Counted from the whole stretch's first letter, positions 52,731 to 63,076 are shown. The stretch is 63,084 nucleotides of DNA, filler included, from Parachlamydiales bacterium (GCA_020051075.1; 5 parts of 5 records of this genome joined end to end with filler, not necessarily neighbours in it), one strand, 5' to 3'. Notes: generated by a model not told the origin, from the sequence alone. Translations and numbers: made by a program.

Positions 52731-54023
52731 ATGCAAAAAATAAGCTCGGCTGAAAAAGCAATTGAGGTAATTCGCGCAGGCCAACGTATTTTTGTGCATG
52801 GTGCTGCTGCCACACCGCTTTCTTTACTTTCAGCCCTTTTTCTTCAAGCTGAACGTTTAACAGATACCGAACTCATTCATCTTCATCTTGAAGGCAAAAT
52901 CCCTTATGCCGAGGAAAGAGTCAGAAAAAATTTTAATGTTGCAAATTTATTTGTTGGACAAAACGTTCGCAATGCATTGGACTATGAAAACATAGACTAT
53001 CTCCCCTGTTTTCTATCAGAAATCCCTTTACTTTTTAGATCAAAAAAACGACCTATTGATATTGCCTTGATTCATGTTTCACTACCAGATCAACACGGGT
53101 TTTGTTCGCTAGGAGTAAGTGTGGATATTGCTTGTGCTGCTGTAGAAGTAGCCAACATAGTCATTGCGCAAATCAACCCTAATATGCCACGTGTCCATGG
53201 AGATGGCTTCGTTCACACATCTCAAATTGATTACTATATTGAAGTGGACGATTCCCTTCCTCAAATAGCTCCTCATCCCATCACCCCTGTAGAAAGAAAG
53301 ATTGGTGAGTATGTAGCAAATCTGATTGAAGATGAAGCGACTTTACAGATTGGAATTGGCGCTGTTCCGGATGCCATTCTAGCTTCTCTCACCGATCACA
53401 AGCATTTAGGCATTCATTCGGAAATGTGGTCTGATGGAGCGCTTGCTTTAATCGAGTCTGGTGTTGTAGATAATACAAAGAAAGTCATTTATCCAGGTAG
53501 AACGGTATCTGGGTTTGTAACAGGAACACAGAGGCTCTATGACTTTATCAATGACAATCCCTCAGTGCTTCAATTAGATATAGGTTTTGTTAATCGTCCA
53601 AGCGTGATCGCTCAAAATCCGAAGGCGACTGCAATTAACTCAGCTATTGAGGTAGATTTAACAGGACAAGTTTGTGCTGACTCTGTAGGAAGTAGGATTA
53701 TTTCAGGAGCTGGTGGCCAGCTTGATTTTATGCGCGGAGCAACACTTTCAAAAGGTGGAAAACCCATCATTGCATTGACAGCGCGAACACATAAGGGCGT
53801 CCCTCGAATCGTTTCGCAATTAAAGCTTGGTGCCGGTGTTGTGACAACTCGAGCTCATGTGCATTATGTCATTACTGAATATGGTGTTGTCGATCTTTTC
53901 GGAAGGACTTTAAAAGAGCGGGCGGCAGCTCTTATTAGTATTGCTCATCCCGATGACCGAGCCAACTTAGAAAGAGAATGGAGTATTATTATCTCAAAAG
54001 TGAAACATGGGGAATTATCATGA
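52731..54023 (+). CDS. Acetyl-CoA hydrolase/transferase (4-hydroxybutyrate CoA-transferase-like)
   Basis: TLQIGIGAVPD, LGIHSEM, AINSAIEVDLTGQV, SGAGGQLDF, TEYG. Confidence 0.93.
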   Translation: MQKISSAEKAIEVIRAGQRIFVHGAAATPLSLLSALFLQAERLTDTELIHLHLEGKIPYAEERVRKNFNVANLFVGQNVRNALDYENIDYLPCFLSEIPLLFRSKKRPIDIALIHVSLPDQHGFCSLGVSVDIACAAVEVANIVIAQINPNMPRVHGDGFVHTSQIDYYIEVDDSLPQIAPHPITPVERKIGEYVANLIEDEATLQIGIGAVPDAILASLTDHKHLGIHSEMWSDGALALIESGVVDNTKKVIYPGRTVSGFVTGTQRLYDFINDNPSVLQLDIGFVNRPSVIAQNPKATAINSAIEVDLTGQVCADSVGSRIISGAGGQLDFMRGATLSKGGKPIIALTARTHKGVPRIVSQLKLGAGVVTTRAHVHYVITEYGVVDLFGRTLKERAAALISIAHPDDRANLEREWSIIISKVKHGELS

Positions 54024-56434
54024 AAAAGGAAAAGGAACGTGAAAAGTCTTTCATCCTGTGGTTTGACGAGATTGGCATTGAAGACATTTCCCTAGTTGGA
54101 GGAAAAAATGCTTCGCTAGGGGAGATGCGCAAAAATACAAATGTTAAGATTCCTCAAGGATTTGCAATTACCGCTTATGCCTATAAATATATTCTCAAAA
54201 AGGCTGGTGTTCTCAAGGATCTAAAAGCTGTTTTACATGGTTTGAATATACATGATTCTCACGCTCTGGAAAAAGCAGGAGAAATAACCCGAAAGCTGAT
54301 CATGGGTTGTGAGCTTCCCACTGAACTGCAAGATGCCATTGCTGATGCCTACCACAAATTATCTTCGCTATACAAGGTAGAAAATGTAGATGTTGCTGTT
54401 CGTTCTTCAGCGACTGCAGAAGATTTACCAAGTGCGAGTTTTGCTGGACAACAGCAATCTTTTCTCAATATATCTGGACTGCAACAGTTGCTAGATGCAT
54501 GTAAAAGCTGCTTTGCATCATTATTTACTAGTCGTGCAATCGTCTATCGGCATGAGAACAAGTTTGATCATTTCAAAGTTTATTTATCCATTGGCGTCCA
54601 GAAAATGGTCCGTTCAGATTTAGCGTCTGCAGGTGTTATTTTTACTCTAGATACTGAAACTGGTTTTCCAGATGTTGTTTTCATTACGGGAAGTTATGGC
54701 CTTGGAGAAAGTGTGGTACAGGGAGCGGTTAATCCTGATGAGTTTTATGTCTTTAAACCTACGCTTAAGCAAGGTAAAAAACCTTTGATTGATAAGCGTC
54801 TTGGCGACAAAGCAGTCAAGATTGTCTATACAAAAAATGCTCTACATCCAATCAAGAAGGTCAATACATCAAAAGAGGATAGAAAAAAGTTTTGCTTAAC
54901 TGATGCCGAAGCATTGCAACTCGCTAAGTGGGCCATAGCAGTCGAAGATCACTACAGCTCGAAATATGGTAAATGGACTCCAATGGATCTAGAATGGGCA
55001 AAAGACGGTCAGACGCAAGAACTGTTTATTGTGCAAGCCCGTCCTGAAACGGTGCAATCTCAACGAAATCGAAACATCATCGAAGAATATAAGTTACTTC
55101 AAGAAGGCAAAGTGCTTGTGCAAGGCAAAAGTATAGGAAGTAAGATCGCGCAGGGTTCTGCTCGAGTGATCAAGGACGCCAAAGATATTGCACAATTTAA
55201 GGTCGGCGAAATATTGGTTACCGAGATTACAGATCCCGATTGGGTGCCGATCATGCGCATCGCCTCGGCCATTGTGACAGACCGAGGAGGAAGGACATCG
55301 CATGCGGCAATTGTAAGCCGTGAACTAGGTCTACCATGCATTGTGGGAACTAATCATGCTACTCAAGTAATCGAAACAGGGAAAAATATTACTGTTAGCT
55401 GTGCTGAAGGGGAAAAGGGGTTAGTATACGATGGTTTGCTCAAGTACAAGGTTGAAAGGATTGATGTACAAAATGTTCCAAAGCCGAAAACGAAAATAAT
55501 GATCAATGTTGGTTATCCTGATGAAGCCTACGAATTAAGTTTCTTACCAACCGATGGAGTTGGATTAGCACGTGAAGAATTTATAGTTACTGAATATATC
55601 CGTATCCATCCAATGGCACTAGTTAAATTTGAAGAAGTAAAAGACGCGAAAACGCGGCGTAAAATTAATGAACTGACTGCCAGTTACATCGATAAAAAAC
55701 AATATTTTGTCGATAAGCTTTCCATGGGTATTGCGATCATTGCCGCAGCTTTTTATCCTCGTGACGTGATTTTGCGTTTTAGTGATTTCAAAACAAATGA
55801 ATATGTAAATCTGATTGGTGGAAAGTATTTCGAGCCGAAAGAAGAGAATCCCATGATCGGTTGGCGTGGTGCCTCCAGGTACTATAGTTCCGGTTATAAG
55901 GAAGGTTTTGCATTAGAATGTAAAGCCATTAAGAAAGTTAGAGAAGAATTTGGCCTTGTCAATCTTAAAGTCATGATCCCCGTGTGTCGCACCATTGAAG
56001 AGGGCAAAAAAGTCTTGAAGGTCATGAAAGAAAATGGCCTTGTGCAAGGCAAAGATGGGTTGGAAGTTTATGTCATGTGCGAGATCCCTAGCAATGTCAT
56101 CTTAATCGATAGATTCTGTGATATCTTTGATGGATTTAGCATCGGAAGCAATGATTTGACACAAATGACCTTGGGTGTAGATCGTGACAGCGAATTAGTA
56201 GCGGACATTTTTGATGAACGAAATGAAGCTGTCACTCGGATGATCGAACATGTCATCAGTGTTGCCAAAAAACGTAAGCGGAAGATTGGCATTTGTGGTG
56301 ATGCCCCATCGACTTATCCGGAATTTGCCGAATTTCTGGTGGATTGTGGAATTGATAGCATCAGTTTAAGTCCGGATGCGGTTTTACGGACTAGTGTTGC
56401 CATTTCCAAACATGAACGGAGAAAAAGAAGTTAA
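54020..56434 (+). CDS. ppsA: Phosphoenolpyruvate synthase
   Basis: VGGKNASLGEM, VAVRSSATAEDLP.ASFAGQQ, QARPETV, GGRTSHAAI, FSIGSNDLTQ; ATGA overlap with upstream gene. Confidence 0.97.
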   Translation: MKKEKEREKSFILWFDEIGIEDISLVGGKNASLGEMRKNTNVKIPQGFAITAYAYKYILKKAGVLKDLKAVLHGLNIHDSHALEKAGEITRKLIMGCELPTELQDAIADAYHKLSSLYKVENVDVAVRSSATAEDLPSASFAGQQQSFLNISGLQQLLDACKSCFASLFTSRAIVYRHENKFDHFKVYLSIGVQKMVRSDLASAGVIFTLDTETGFPDVVFITGSYGLGESVVQGAVNPDEFYVFKPTLKQGKKPLIDKRLGDKAVKIVYTKNALHPIKKVNTSKEDRKKFCLTDAEALQLAKWAIAVEDHYSSKYGKWTPMDLEWAKDGQTQELFIVQARPETVQSQRNRNIIEEYKLLQEGKVLVQGKSIGSKIAQGSARVIKDAKDIAQFKVGEILVTEITDPDWVPIMRIASAIVTDRGGRTSHAAIVSRELGLPCIVGTNHATQVIETGKNITVSCAEGEKGLVYDGLLKYKVERIDVQNVPKPKTKIMINVGYPDEAYELSFLPTDGVGLAREEFIVTEYIRIHPMALVKFEEVKDAKTRRKINELTASYIDKKQYFVDKLSMGIAIIAAAFYPRDVILRFSDFKTNEYVNLIGGKYFEPKEENPMIGWRGASRYYSSGYKEGFALECKAIKKVREEFGLVNLKVMIPVCRTIEEGKKVLKVMKENGLVQGKDGLEVYVMCEIPSNVILIDRFCDIFDGFSIGSNDLTQMTLGVDRDSELVADIFDERNEAVTRMIEHVISVAKKRKRKIGICGDAPSTYPEFAEFLVDCGIDSISLSPDAVLRTSVAISKHERRKRS

Positions 56435-56594
56435 TTGCTGATTTGCTTATTCGGTTGCCTCATGGGATACTTGTGACCAATATGTTGTTAAATCCACATC
56501 AATTGCTGCAATTGCCATAATATTTATTAGAGATTTTTCCCATTTTGTAAAGTTCGTGTATAATTAACCTTCTTTAAATGGGCTTTCAAGAGCA

Positions 56595-57794
56595 TTATTT
56601 TTTCTTAAACTGCACAGCTTCTTCAGAACCACCTGTTGTATTTCCTGCTGTGTAAGAATGCGCGCCAATACCAGCCAGTTGCCCTCCATCAACAATCAAA
56701 TATTCATCACGAATTGGACGTCCTTCAAACCAGGATTCTAATATTTCGCGAACGCCTGCAGCATAGCGAGCTTGAGCTGGTAAACTAGTACCTGCAATAT
56801 GAGGTGTCATGCCGTGATGAGGCATTGTTCTCCAAGGATGATCATTTGGTGGTGGCTGTGGGAACCAAACATCGCCAGCATAACCGGCAAGCTGTCCGCT
56901 TTCAAGTGCCCGAACAATAGCATCGCGATCACATATTTTTCCGCGCGCAGTATTAATGATATAGGAACCGCGTTTCATCTTATTGATGAGTGTGTCATTG
57001 AACATATGCTCGGTTTCAGCATGCAAGGGACAGTTGATTGTAATTACATCGCAGATGCGAGCCATTGACTCAACGTCAGGATGGTAGGTTAGGTTTAGCT
57101 CTTTTTCGATATTTTCTGGGAGCCGATGACGTTCGGTGTAGTGCAATTTGACATCAAAAGGTTTTAGTCGCCTGAGAACTGCCAATCCAATATGCCCAGC
57201 TGCCACGGTTCCTACTTCCATCCCTTCTAGATCGTAAGATCTCTCAGCGCAATCGGCTATATTCCAACCCTTATTGATAATCCACTGGTAAGATGGAATA
57301 TAATTGCGAATGAGCGCTAATATCATCATTACAATATGCTCAGCCACACCAATGCTGTTGCAGAAGGTAATTTCGGTAACTGTAATGCCCCGTTCAATAG
57401 CAGCTTGAAGATCGACATGGTCTGAACCTATTCCTGCAGTTATCGCCAACTTAAGCTTAGGTGCTTTAGCAATTCTTTCTTTTGTTAGATAAGCGGGCCA
57501 AAATGGTTGAGAGATAACAATATCTGCGTCAGGCAGTTCTTTTTCAAAGACAGAGTTTGGTCCATCTTTGTCAGAAGTGACAACCAGCGTATGGCCAAGG
57601 CCTTCAAGAAATTTGCGTAATCCTAATTCACCAGACACAGAGCCCATAAGTTGTCCTGGCGTAAAATCTAGTTTTTTTGGGGAAGGTACGGTTTGGCCAT
57701 CGGGATAATGTTCAATCTTTGGAATGGTATCGCGCGCGTAGGTTTTTGGATATCCCTTCACTGGATCATCATAAAGAACTGCAATAATTTTCAT
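56595..57794 (-). CDS. fdh: NAD-dependent (metal-independent) formate dehydrogenase
   Basis: VLYDDP, ISQPFWPAY, TAGIGSDHVDL, NTARG, GDVWFPQP, TPH..GTS. Confidence 0.96.
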   Translation of the reverse strand: MKIIAVLYDDPVKGYPKTYARDTIPKIEHYPDGQTVPSPKKLDFTPGQLMGSVSGELGLRKFLEGLGHTLVVTSDKDGPNSVFEKELPDADIVISQPFWPAYLTKERIAKAPKLKLAITAGIGSDHVDLQAAIERGITVTEITFCNSIGVAEHIVMMILALIRNYIPSYQWIINKGWNIADCAERSYDLEGMEVGTVAAGHIGLAVLRRLKPFDVKLHYTERHRLPENIEKELNLTYHPDVESMARICDVITINCPLHAETEHMFNDTLINKMKRGSYIINTARGKICDRDAIVRALESGQLAGYAGDVWFPQPPPNDHPWRTMPHHGMTPHIAGTSLPAQARYAAGVREILESWFEGRPIRDEYLIVDGGQLAGIGAHSYTAGNTTGGSEEAVQFKKK

Positions 57795-58236
57795 AACCAC
57801 CCTTCTATGTTTATTATTTTGATTATATCAACTTCTCTTGAAAATCCAGATCAGACTACCGGCAGTGTATTTTGAAAGGCTCAATGAGGAGCTACTCAAA
57901 ATTGACCCTCTATATCTCATCCTATAACAAATAAAAAATTTATCAGCAAATTTATATTTTGATGTATTGATGTGTCCTAGCGATAATCGCGAGGTTAAGC
58001 TGGCTAGCTCTGAATGAATCGAGAATAGCTCTCCGAACTCCCAAGAATAAGCGCGAGGGCCTCTTGCATCATCATTCATTCAATTGAACTGTTAAACTCG
58101 TAGAGATTTTAGAGAGCGGTATGAAGATATTACAAAATTTTCAGCACTATCAAATATGAAATCTGTATTGACACATAAACCCAATAATTGCATTGTTGTC
58201 GGCTAAAACCATTTTTTAAGATGGAGGACGTTGAAA

Positions 58237-58281
58237 ATGCGTTTATTTACTTTTATCATTTTTGCGATCACTTGCTGCTTA
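58237..58281 (+). CDS. N-terminus (signal-peptide-like) of a gene cut by contig end
   Basis: GGAGG SD then MRLFTFIIFAITCCL running into Ns. Confidence 0.5.
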
Positions 58282-58381
58282 NNNNNNNNNNNNNNNNNNN
58301 NNNNNNNNNNNNNNNNNNNNNNNNNTTAATTAATTAANNNNNNNNNNNNNNNNNNNNNNNNNNNNNNNNNNNNNNNNNNNN
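58282..58381. other. Artificial contig linker
   Basis: N44-TTAATTAATTAA-N44. Confidence 0.99.
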
Positions 58382-58476
58382 CTCCTACTTTTCTCTCAAG
58401 CTTATCCACGTCTGGTGCTATCGCCTAAAACTAACTATAATCTATCCACAAGCTCTTATCAATGCTATTCGTCGAT

Positions 58477-58592
58477 AAAGCGGAAGAGGACTTCCGCACT
58501 CCAAACGCTTCGCGCTGAAAAAATGAGTAATGGTAAGGCCTGACGGCCTGGAAGAGCCGCACCTTCCACTGAGCCCTGAAGGGGCGGCACAT
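58477..58592. repeat. Two REP-like units: GCGGAAG-agga-CTTCCGC-ACTCC hairpin and GCCCTGAAGGGGC unit
   Basis: Hairpin at 58480-58497; TGAGCCCTGAAGGGGC matches 2413-2428 except one base. Confidence 0.6.
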
Positions 58593-58674
58593 CTTTATTG
58601 GTAATAGGATAATGAAATATTGCACGAAACAACCTCCCTCCATTATGATCTAAAGCTCTACAAAGGAGCATTCG

Positions 58675-59313
58675 ATGAGACTTAACGAATTAGAAATAAA
58701 AATCTCCATCGATTCTGACGATCACTTTCAACGGGTATATGAAAAGTGCATTCAATCATTTGGTCCTCCCATATCTCATCTTAAACAACTCGATGAATAC
58801 TATGACACTGCTGATGGTCAACTTAAAAAGCAAGATTTGGTCATCCGGATACGTTCTTTTGATGAAAAGAAAACCATCGCCCTTAAAAGTCCTAGAGTCG
58901 ATTTACCAAGCGGCATGTCAAATAGAATTGAACTTGAATTTATTGCTGCTGAAGGAGAAAACATTCACAAGCAGTTGTTGAGCCAAGGGTTGAATCCGAA
59001 CGAAGCAGCAGAGAAGGAACGTTGGACATTTATTCAAAATGATTGTGAGATCGTCCTGGATAAGCTGCCTTTTATTGGTTCATTCATTGAAATTGAAGGC
59101 CCCTCAGAAGCCGCTATCGAAGAAGTTGTCACTTTACTGGATCTAACTTCCTGTGAAGTTGTTCGTCAAAACTATGGTGAACTGATGACAGCAAAGTTTC
59201 GGGAACTCAACTTGCCTCTCACTAACATTCACGCTACTTTTGCTAAAGAAAAAGAATGGCTGGATGGACCTCATCAAGTTGAGCTCCAAACATGTTCTAA
59301 AACAATCCCTTAA
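58675..59313 (+). CDS. CYTH-domain protein (CyaB-like)
   Basis: ELEIK, Q.DEYYD, IRIR, EKER, LDKLPFIGSFIEIEG. Confidence 0.88.
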   Translation: MRLNELEIKISIDSDDHFQRVYEKCIQSFGPPISHLKQLDEYYDTADGQLKKQDLVIRIRSFDEKKTIALKSPRVDLPSGMSNRIELEFIAAEGENIHKQLLSQGLNPNEAAEKERWTFIQNDCEIVLDKLPFIGSFIEIEGPSEAAIEEVVTLLDLTSCEVVRQNYGELMTAKFRELNLPLTNIHATFAKEKEWLDGPHQVELQTCSKTIP

Positions 59314-59330
59314 GTGAACAAGAAATAAAA

Positions 59331-59681
59331 ATGATCGTTTATCTTTATGAAAAATGTTCTACCTGTAAACAAGCGCTCCTTTTTTTAAAGCAGCATAGAG
59401 CAACATTTGCCGTGAAAGAGATCACAGCCACACCTCCATCCATTGCAGAGCTGCAACAGATGTTGAAGTATCAGAACGGCAATTTGAAAAAGCTTTTCAA
59501 CACATCGGGCCTGTTATATAAAGAAATGCAGCTGAGCGAAAAGCTGAAAGAGATGACAGAGAAGGACGCGCTATTGCTTCTAAGCCAGCATGGCATGCTT
59601 GTCAAACGTCCTTTCTTGCTTGCAGATAACTTTGGACTAACAGGTTTTAACGAAACCATCTGGTCTCAAAAACTGGTTTAA
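59331..59681 (+). CDS. ArsC/Spx family protein
   Basis: CSTCKQA, LFNTSG..YKE, GMLVKRP. Confidence 0.92.
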   Translation: MIVYLYEKCSTCKQALLFLKQHRATFAVKEITATPPSIAELQQMLKYQNGNLKKLFNTSGLLYKEMQLSEKLKEMTEKDALLLLSQHGMLVKRPFLLADNFGLTGFNETIWSQKLV

Positions 59682-59870
59682 TGATACCAACGTGTAAAGC
59701 TTTCTACTGCTGCTCGTTCAGTTCTATAGGAATTGAGTGGGCTGGTGGTTAACTCCAGATGGCGCCCATCGAACTATTTCCAAAATTGATTGGATAATTT
59801 CTTTATCCACAGTTTTATCCAAATAAGCCCGGCATGCTTTTCTATTTTGAATCGTGGAATTAATGCTCAT
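59678..59870 (-). pseudogene. Nitroreductase remnant (N- and C-termini joined by a large internal deletion)
   Basis: MSINSTIQNRKACRAYLDKTVDKEIIQSILEIVRWAPSGVNHQP, then in another frame NSYRTERAAVESFTRWYH*. Confidence 0.8.
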
Positions 59871-59915
59871 ATTGATGACCATGACAACCTTGCCCTTTTT
59901 CGAGGGGATTTTCTT

Positions 59916-60659
59916 TCACCCAGAATTGCTGTCATTTGAGGCTTTTTGATACATCAATAACAAAATAATGGGGATCATCCCCCAAGAAATATAACTTAAC
60001 GTACGGGACAGAACATCGGGCATCAACAATCCAGCTCCCCCGTAATATCCAAAAAAAAGAACGAGTGTTCCAAGAAGAAAGAAAAAATGACCGTATTTGG
60101 AAGTGATGTTGAGCAATGAACAAGCTTTAGGTTCTTCAACGGTGAGAAAACGATAGATGCCCCAAATGACAAAGAGAGTGCCAGGTATGGCAATCATCCA
60201 AGGAGACAGTCCAGTGGCACTGCGGAAATTAAATATATCACCCGATTCTGAAAATGTTCGTATTGGGATATATGCGTAAAACTCTCCGAGCTCCAGGAGG
60301 ATGAACCAGTACAAAAATGTAAACAACCACTTTCTTGTTTGGATCATTTGAATGCTTAGTAGCTTCAAACCTAATAGAAACACTATCGCTTGTAAAACAG
60401 TAGGAGCAATTGCAATAAGAGCGACTACAGCGGGTTTTCCATCTTCGAAAATTTTCTTATAAGGAACAGCCTCATCGATATCCAATAAAGTCAACCACCG
60501 TTCTCCATAATGGATGTCAAACGGTGAGTTTTTATAACCTGTTATCCAAGCAAAAGTTCCGTGAGTCCATTCATGAAGATAGATCACTGCATGGTGTGCA
60601 ATAAATATCATGAAGATAAGACTAAGTAAGAAGAAAACGCTATCTATACAGCGCTGCAT
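59916..60659 (-). CDS. Polytopic membrane protein with HEXXH (M50-like)
   Basis: LHEWTHG in TM1, IAIAP, GD motif; about 6 TM segments. Confidence 0.7.
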   Translation of the reverse strand: MQRCIDSVFFLLSLIFMIFIAHHAVIYLHEWTHGTFAWITGYKNSPFDIHYGERWLTLLDIDEAVPYKKIFEDGKPAVVALIAIAPTVLQAIVFLLGLKLLSIQMIQTRKWLFTFLYWFILLELGEFYAYIPIRTFSESGDIFNFRSATGLSPWMIAIPGTLFVIWGIYRFLTVEEPKACSLLNITSKYGHFFFLLGTLVLFFGYYGGAGLLMPDVLSRTLSYISWGMIPIILLLMYQKASNDSNSG

Positions 60660-60833
60660 GAGTATTGCCTCTTGATAAATGTGTTAACCTATAATAACAA
60701 GTACATCTTAAAAATATTAGAAAATTCGAATGGAGTTGTTCAACACGATAAGATAGGCGTTGAGAGAACTTCTTTCTATCAGTTCTTTAATCTCCTCTTC
60801 ATCCCTGAGTTGAGCGTAGGAACGATTAAACTG

Positions 60834-61655
60834 CTAACTGCTCCGTCCAACTCTAAGATCCTCAATAAATACCTCCAAACATCGATTAAATTTTTCTGGC
60901 TGATCTACAAATAAGGCATGGCCAGCGGACTTAAAAATCTCCAAATGGGCATGAGGAAGCAAACTTTGCATTTTCTGCATATAATTCAGGCGGGGTCCGT
61001 CAACTGTTGCAATCAACGTAGGAATATCAATTTGCGGCAAAAGAGGGCGAAAATCCTGCAAGAGATAATTGTCGATTAAAGTCATCACTGTATTAGTAGG
61101 CGTACGCAGAGCTGCCTCACTCAATTTTTCGAGATACGCTTCAGTTTGAGGCTGTTTAAAAATGCTCCTGACAAATTCTTGTGTCTTAGGGATTCGATCA
61201 ATTTGAAGCTGCGCCCAATAATCGACTGTGGCTTGATAAAATGGCACACTAGAGTCTATTCCAACAAGTCCATCAACCAAAACGAGTCCTATCAACCCCT
61301 TTGAGCCAAAATGTGCAGCATAATTCACCACTTCTGGGACTCCAAGAGACCATCCAACTAATACCAAAGGTTCTAAATTAAGTCGATCCACGACAGATTT
61401 AATATCTTTGGCCAGTGAAAAAGCGTAATGTCCCTCGGAAGATTGTTCAGAATCTCCCTGAGAGCGGGGATCCATGGCGACAACTTTATAGTTTTTAGAG
61501 AAAAAATCGAGCTGCTTTTCCCATATCCAAGCAGGCATCATGACTCCAGGGACAAACAGGAGAGATAATGGTTTTGCCTCATGAATATTTTGGGCTAAAT
61601 AATGAATTTTTATCCCCTGACTTTCTACAAAGCCTTCGCTATTGGAAATCATCAC
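60834..61655 (-). CDS. Alpha/beta hydrolase (non-heme haloperoxidase-like)
   Basis: LFVPG, DPRSQGDS, GWSLG, GHALFVDQPEKFN. Confidence 0.92.
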   Translation of the reverse strand: MMISNSEGFVESQGIKIHYLAQNIHEAKPLSLLFVPGVMMPAWIWEKQLDFFSKNYKVVAMDPRSQGDSEQSSEGHYAFSLAKDIKSVVDRLNLEPLVLVGWSLGVPEVVNYAAHFGSKGLIGLVLVDGLVGIDSSVPFYQATVDYWAQLQIDRIPKTQEFVRSIFKQPQTEAYLEKLSEAALRTPTNTVMTLIDNYLLQDFRPLLPQIDIPTLIATVDGPRLNYMQKMQSLLPHAHLEIFKSAGHALFVDQPEKFNRCLEVFIEDLRVGRSS

Positions 61656-61869
61656 ATCCTCTCCTACTCTAACAAAACATCGAAATCACTATTCATCACC
61701 GTTGTCGATCCTATGAAAAAAATCAATCATTTCCGTTGCATAGAATACTTCGTGTTAAATTTATTATTCACATTAATGTGTACATCACATACTCTCTTAT
61801 GTGATATTCAAGTCTTCAACACTTTTTATATCAATGTTCCCTCTCAATTCAAACACCAACGAGAACTCT

Positions 61870-62682
61870 ATGAGGAGTCTATACTATATAACCTGGAGTC
61901 TGATTTTAAGTTTGTTTATTAGCTCTAGCTCATTTGTGGAAGCTAAAGAAGATCCTATCTTTATCTCAATCATGGAGGCCCTTACATTGCAAAACTCCAG
62001 CAAATCCAATGGACGAAAGTTTGACTGCATCCGGATATCAGCAAGAGATTACGCAGCTAACGTTAATGTACATGAGAACAAGATTCAAGAACTGGAGAAG
62101 AGTTGTCAAGCCTTCCTTGAATTCGACGCGAGCGGTTTTTCTCCTGGTGAGCGATATACTTTTTATAATTTGAACATGGCTTTTAACAAAATTCCCATTG
62201 AAGAATATGTCGCCGATAGAGCAGGACAGTTGGTTCCTATCAAAAATAAATTCCCCCTACATGGATTGCAGATTGTATTAAATGGATTTATGCAAGGAGA
62301 ACCTTCTTATTATGTGCTGGTTTCTGCGGATAAACAAACGTATCTCGCGGGTTACATTATTCCCTATCCGATAGAGTTTGAATGGAGCGATGAAGCCTAT
62401 GTCTCTTTAACCATGATAAAGCCAGATGGCTCTTTGTTTATTCTGAGTGGAAAAGGTTTTAAACCTGAAGAGTCACTGATCGTCAAAAACAAGAGTTTCG
62501 GAGAGATCGTTCCTTTAACCATTAACGTTTCAACCGAAGGAAAATTCTTTACCATCCTTAAACCTATTGCATCGAGTCAAACTGGTGGTCCGGCAACGAT
62601 CACGCTTGAGCGCAATCAGTTCAAAAAAATGGGAAAACTCAACTATGTATGGGGAAAGGCGGTTCAACAAAAGATAATCTGA
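61870..62682 (+). CDS. Secreted hypothetical protein
   Basis: Signal peptide (VEA); two related motifs ASGFSPGE / GKGFKPEE suggest tandem beta-sandwich domains. Confidence 0.7.
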   Translation: MRSLYYITWSLILSLFISSSSFVEAKEDPIFISIMEALTLQNSSKSNGRKFDCIRISARDYAANVNVHENKIQELEKSCQAFLEFDASGFSPGERYTFYNLNMAFNKIPIEEYVADRAGQLVPIKNKFPLHGLQIVLNGFMQGEPSYYVLVSADKQTYLAGYIIPYPIEFEWSDEAYVSLTMIKPDGSLFILSGKGFKPEESLIVKNKSFGEIVPLTINVSTEGKFFTILKPIASSQTGGPATITLERNQFKKMGKLNYVWGKAVQQKII

Positions 62683-62764
62683 GACTGTAGACAAAAAAAC
62701 AAATACGAGAACTCAAGCTTAACACAGTTAACACGATAGACAGGCATACGCATAGCCCTTCTCA

Positions 62765-63076
62765 TCTTGCAGCCTTACAGGCTGCGATATTCATTCTGAG
62801 CATACCCAGGGCGTTGCCCTGGGCTGTAGCAATTGGAGCCCTTCAGGCAATAGAAAAAATAGTTCGAAGAGCTCGAAATTACAGCAGCCAGAACAACTGC
62901 TGGGATACCACAGCCCAGAATAACTTCTGGGTCACCACAGCCCAGAACAACTTCTGGAATACCTCATTCCAGAATAACTTCTGGATCACCACAGCCCGAA
63001 GGGCTGAAATTGCAACAGCCCAGGGCAACGCCCTGGGTGGAATTAAATAAAAATCGCAGCCTGAAAGGCTGCAAGA
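62765..63076. repeat. BIME-like cluster: inverted REP triplets enclosing a 27-bp tandem array
   Basis: GCAGCCTTACAGGCTGC / CCCAGGGCGTTGCCCTGGG / GCCCTTCAGGC mirrored at 62992-63076; four CCAGAA.AACT.CTGG units at 62888, 62915, 62942, 62969. Confidence 0.9.

Noticed and set aside
62885..62995. Possible mini-CRISPR array
   Set aside because: 27-nt period with 11-nt, mutually similar linkers; no leader or cas genes; too short for CRISPR spacers
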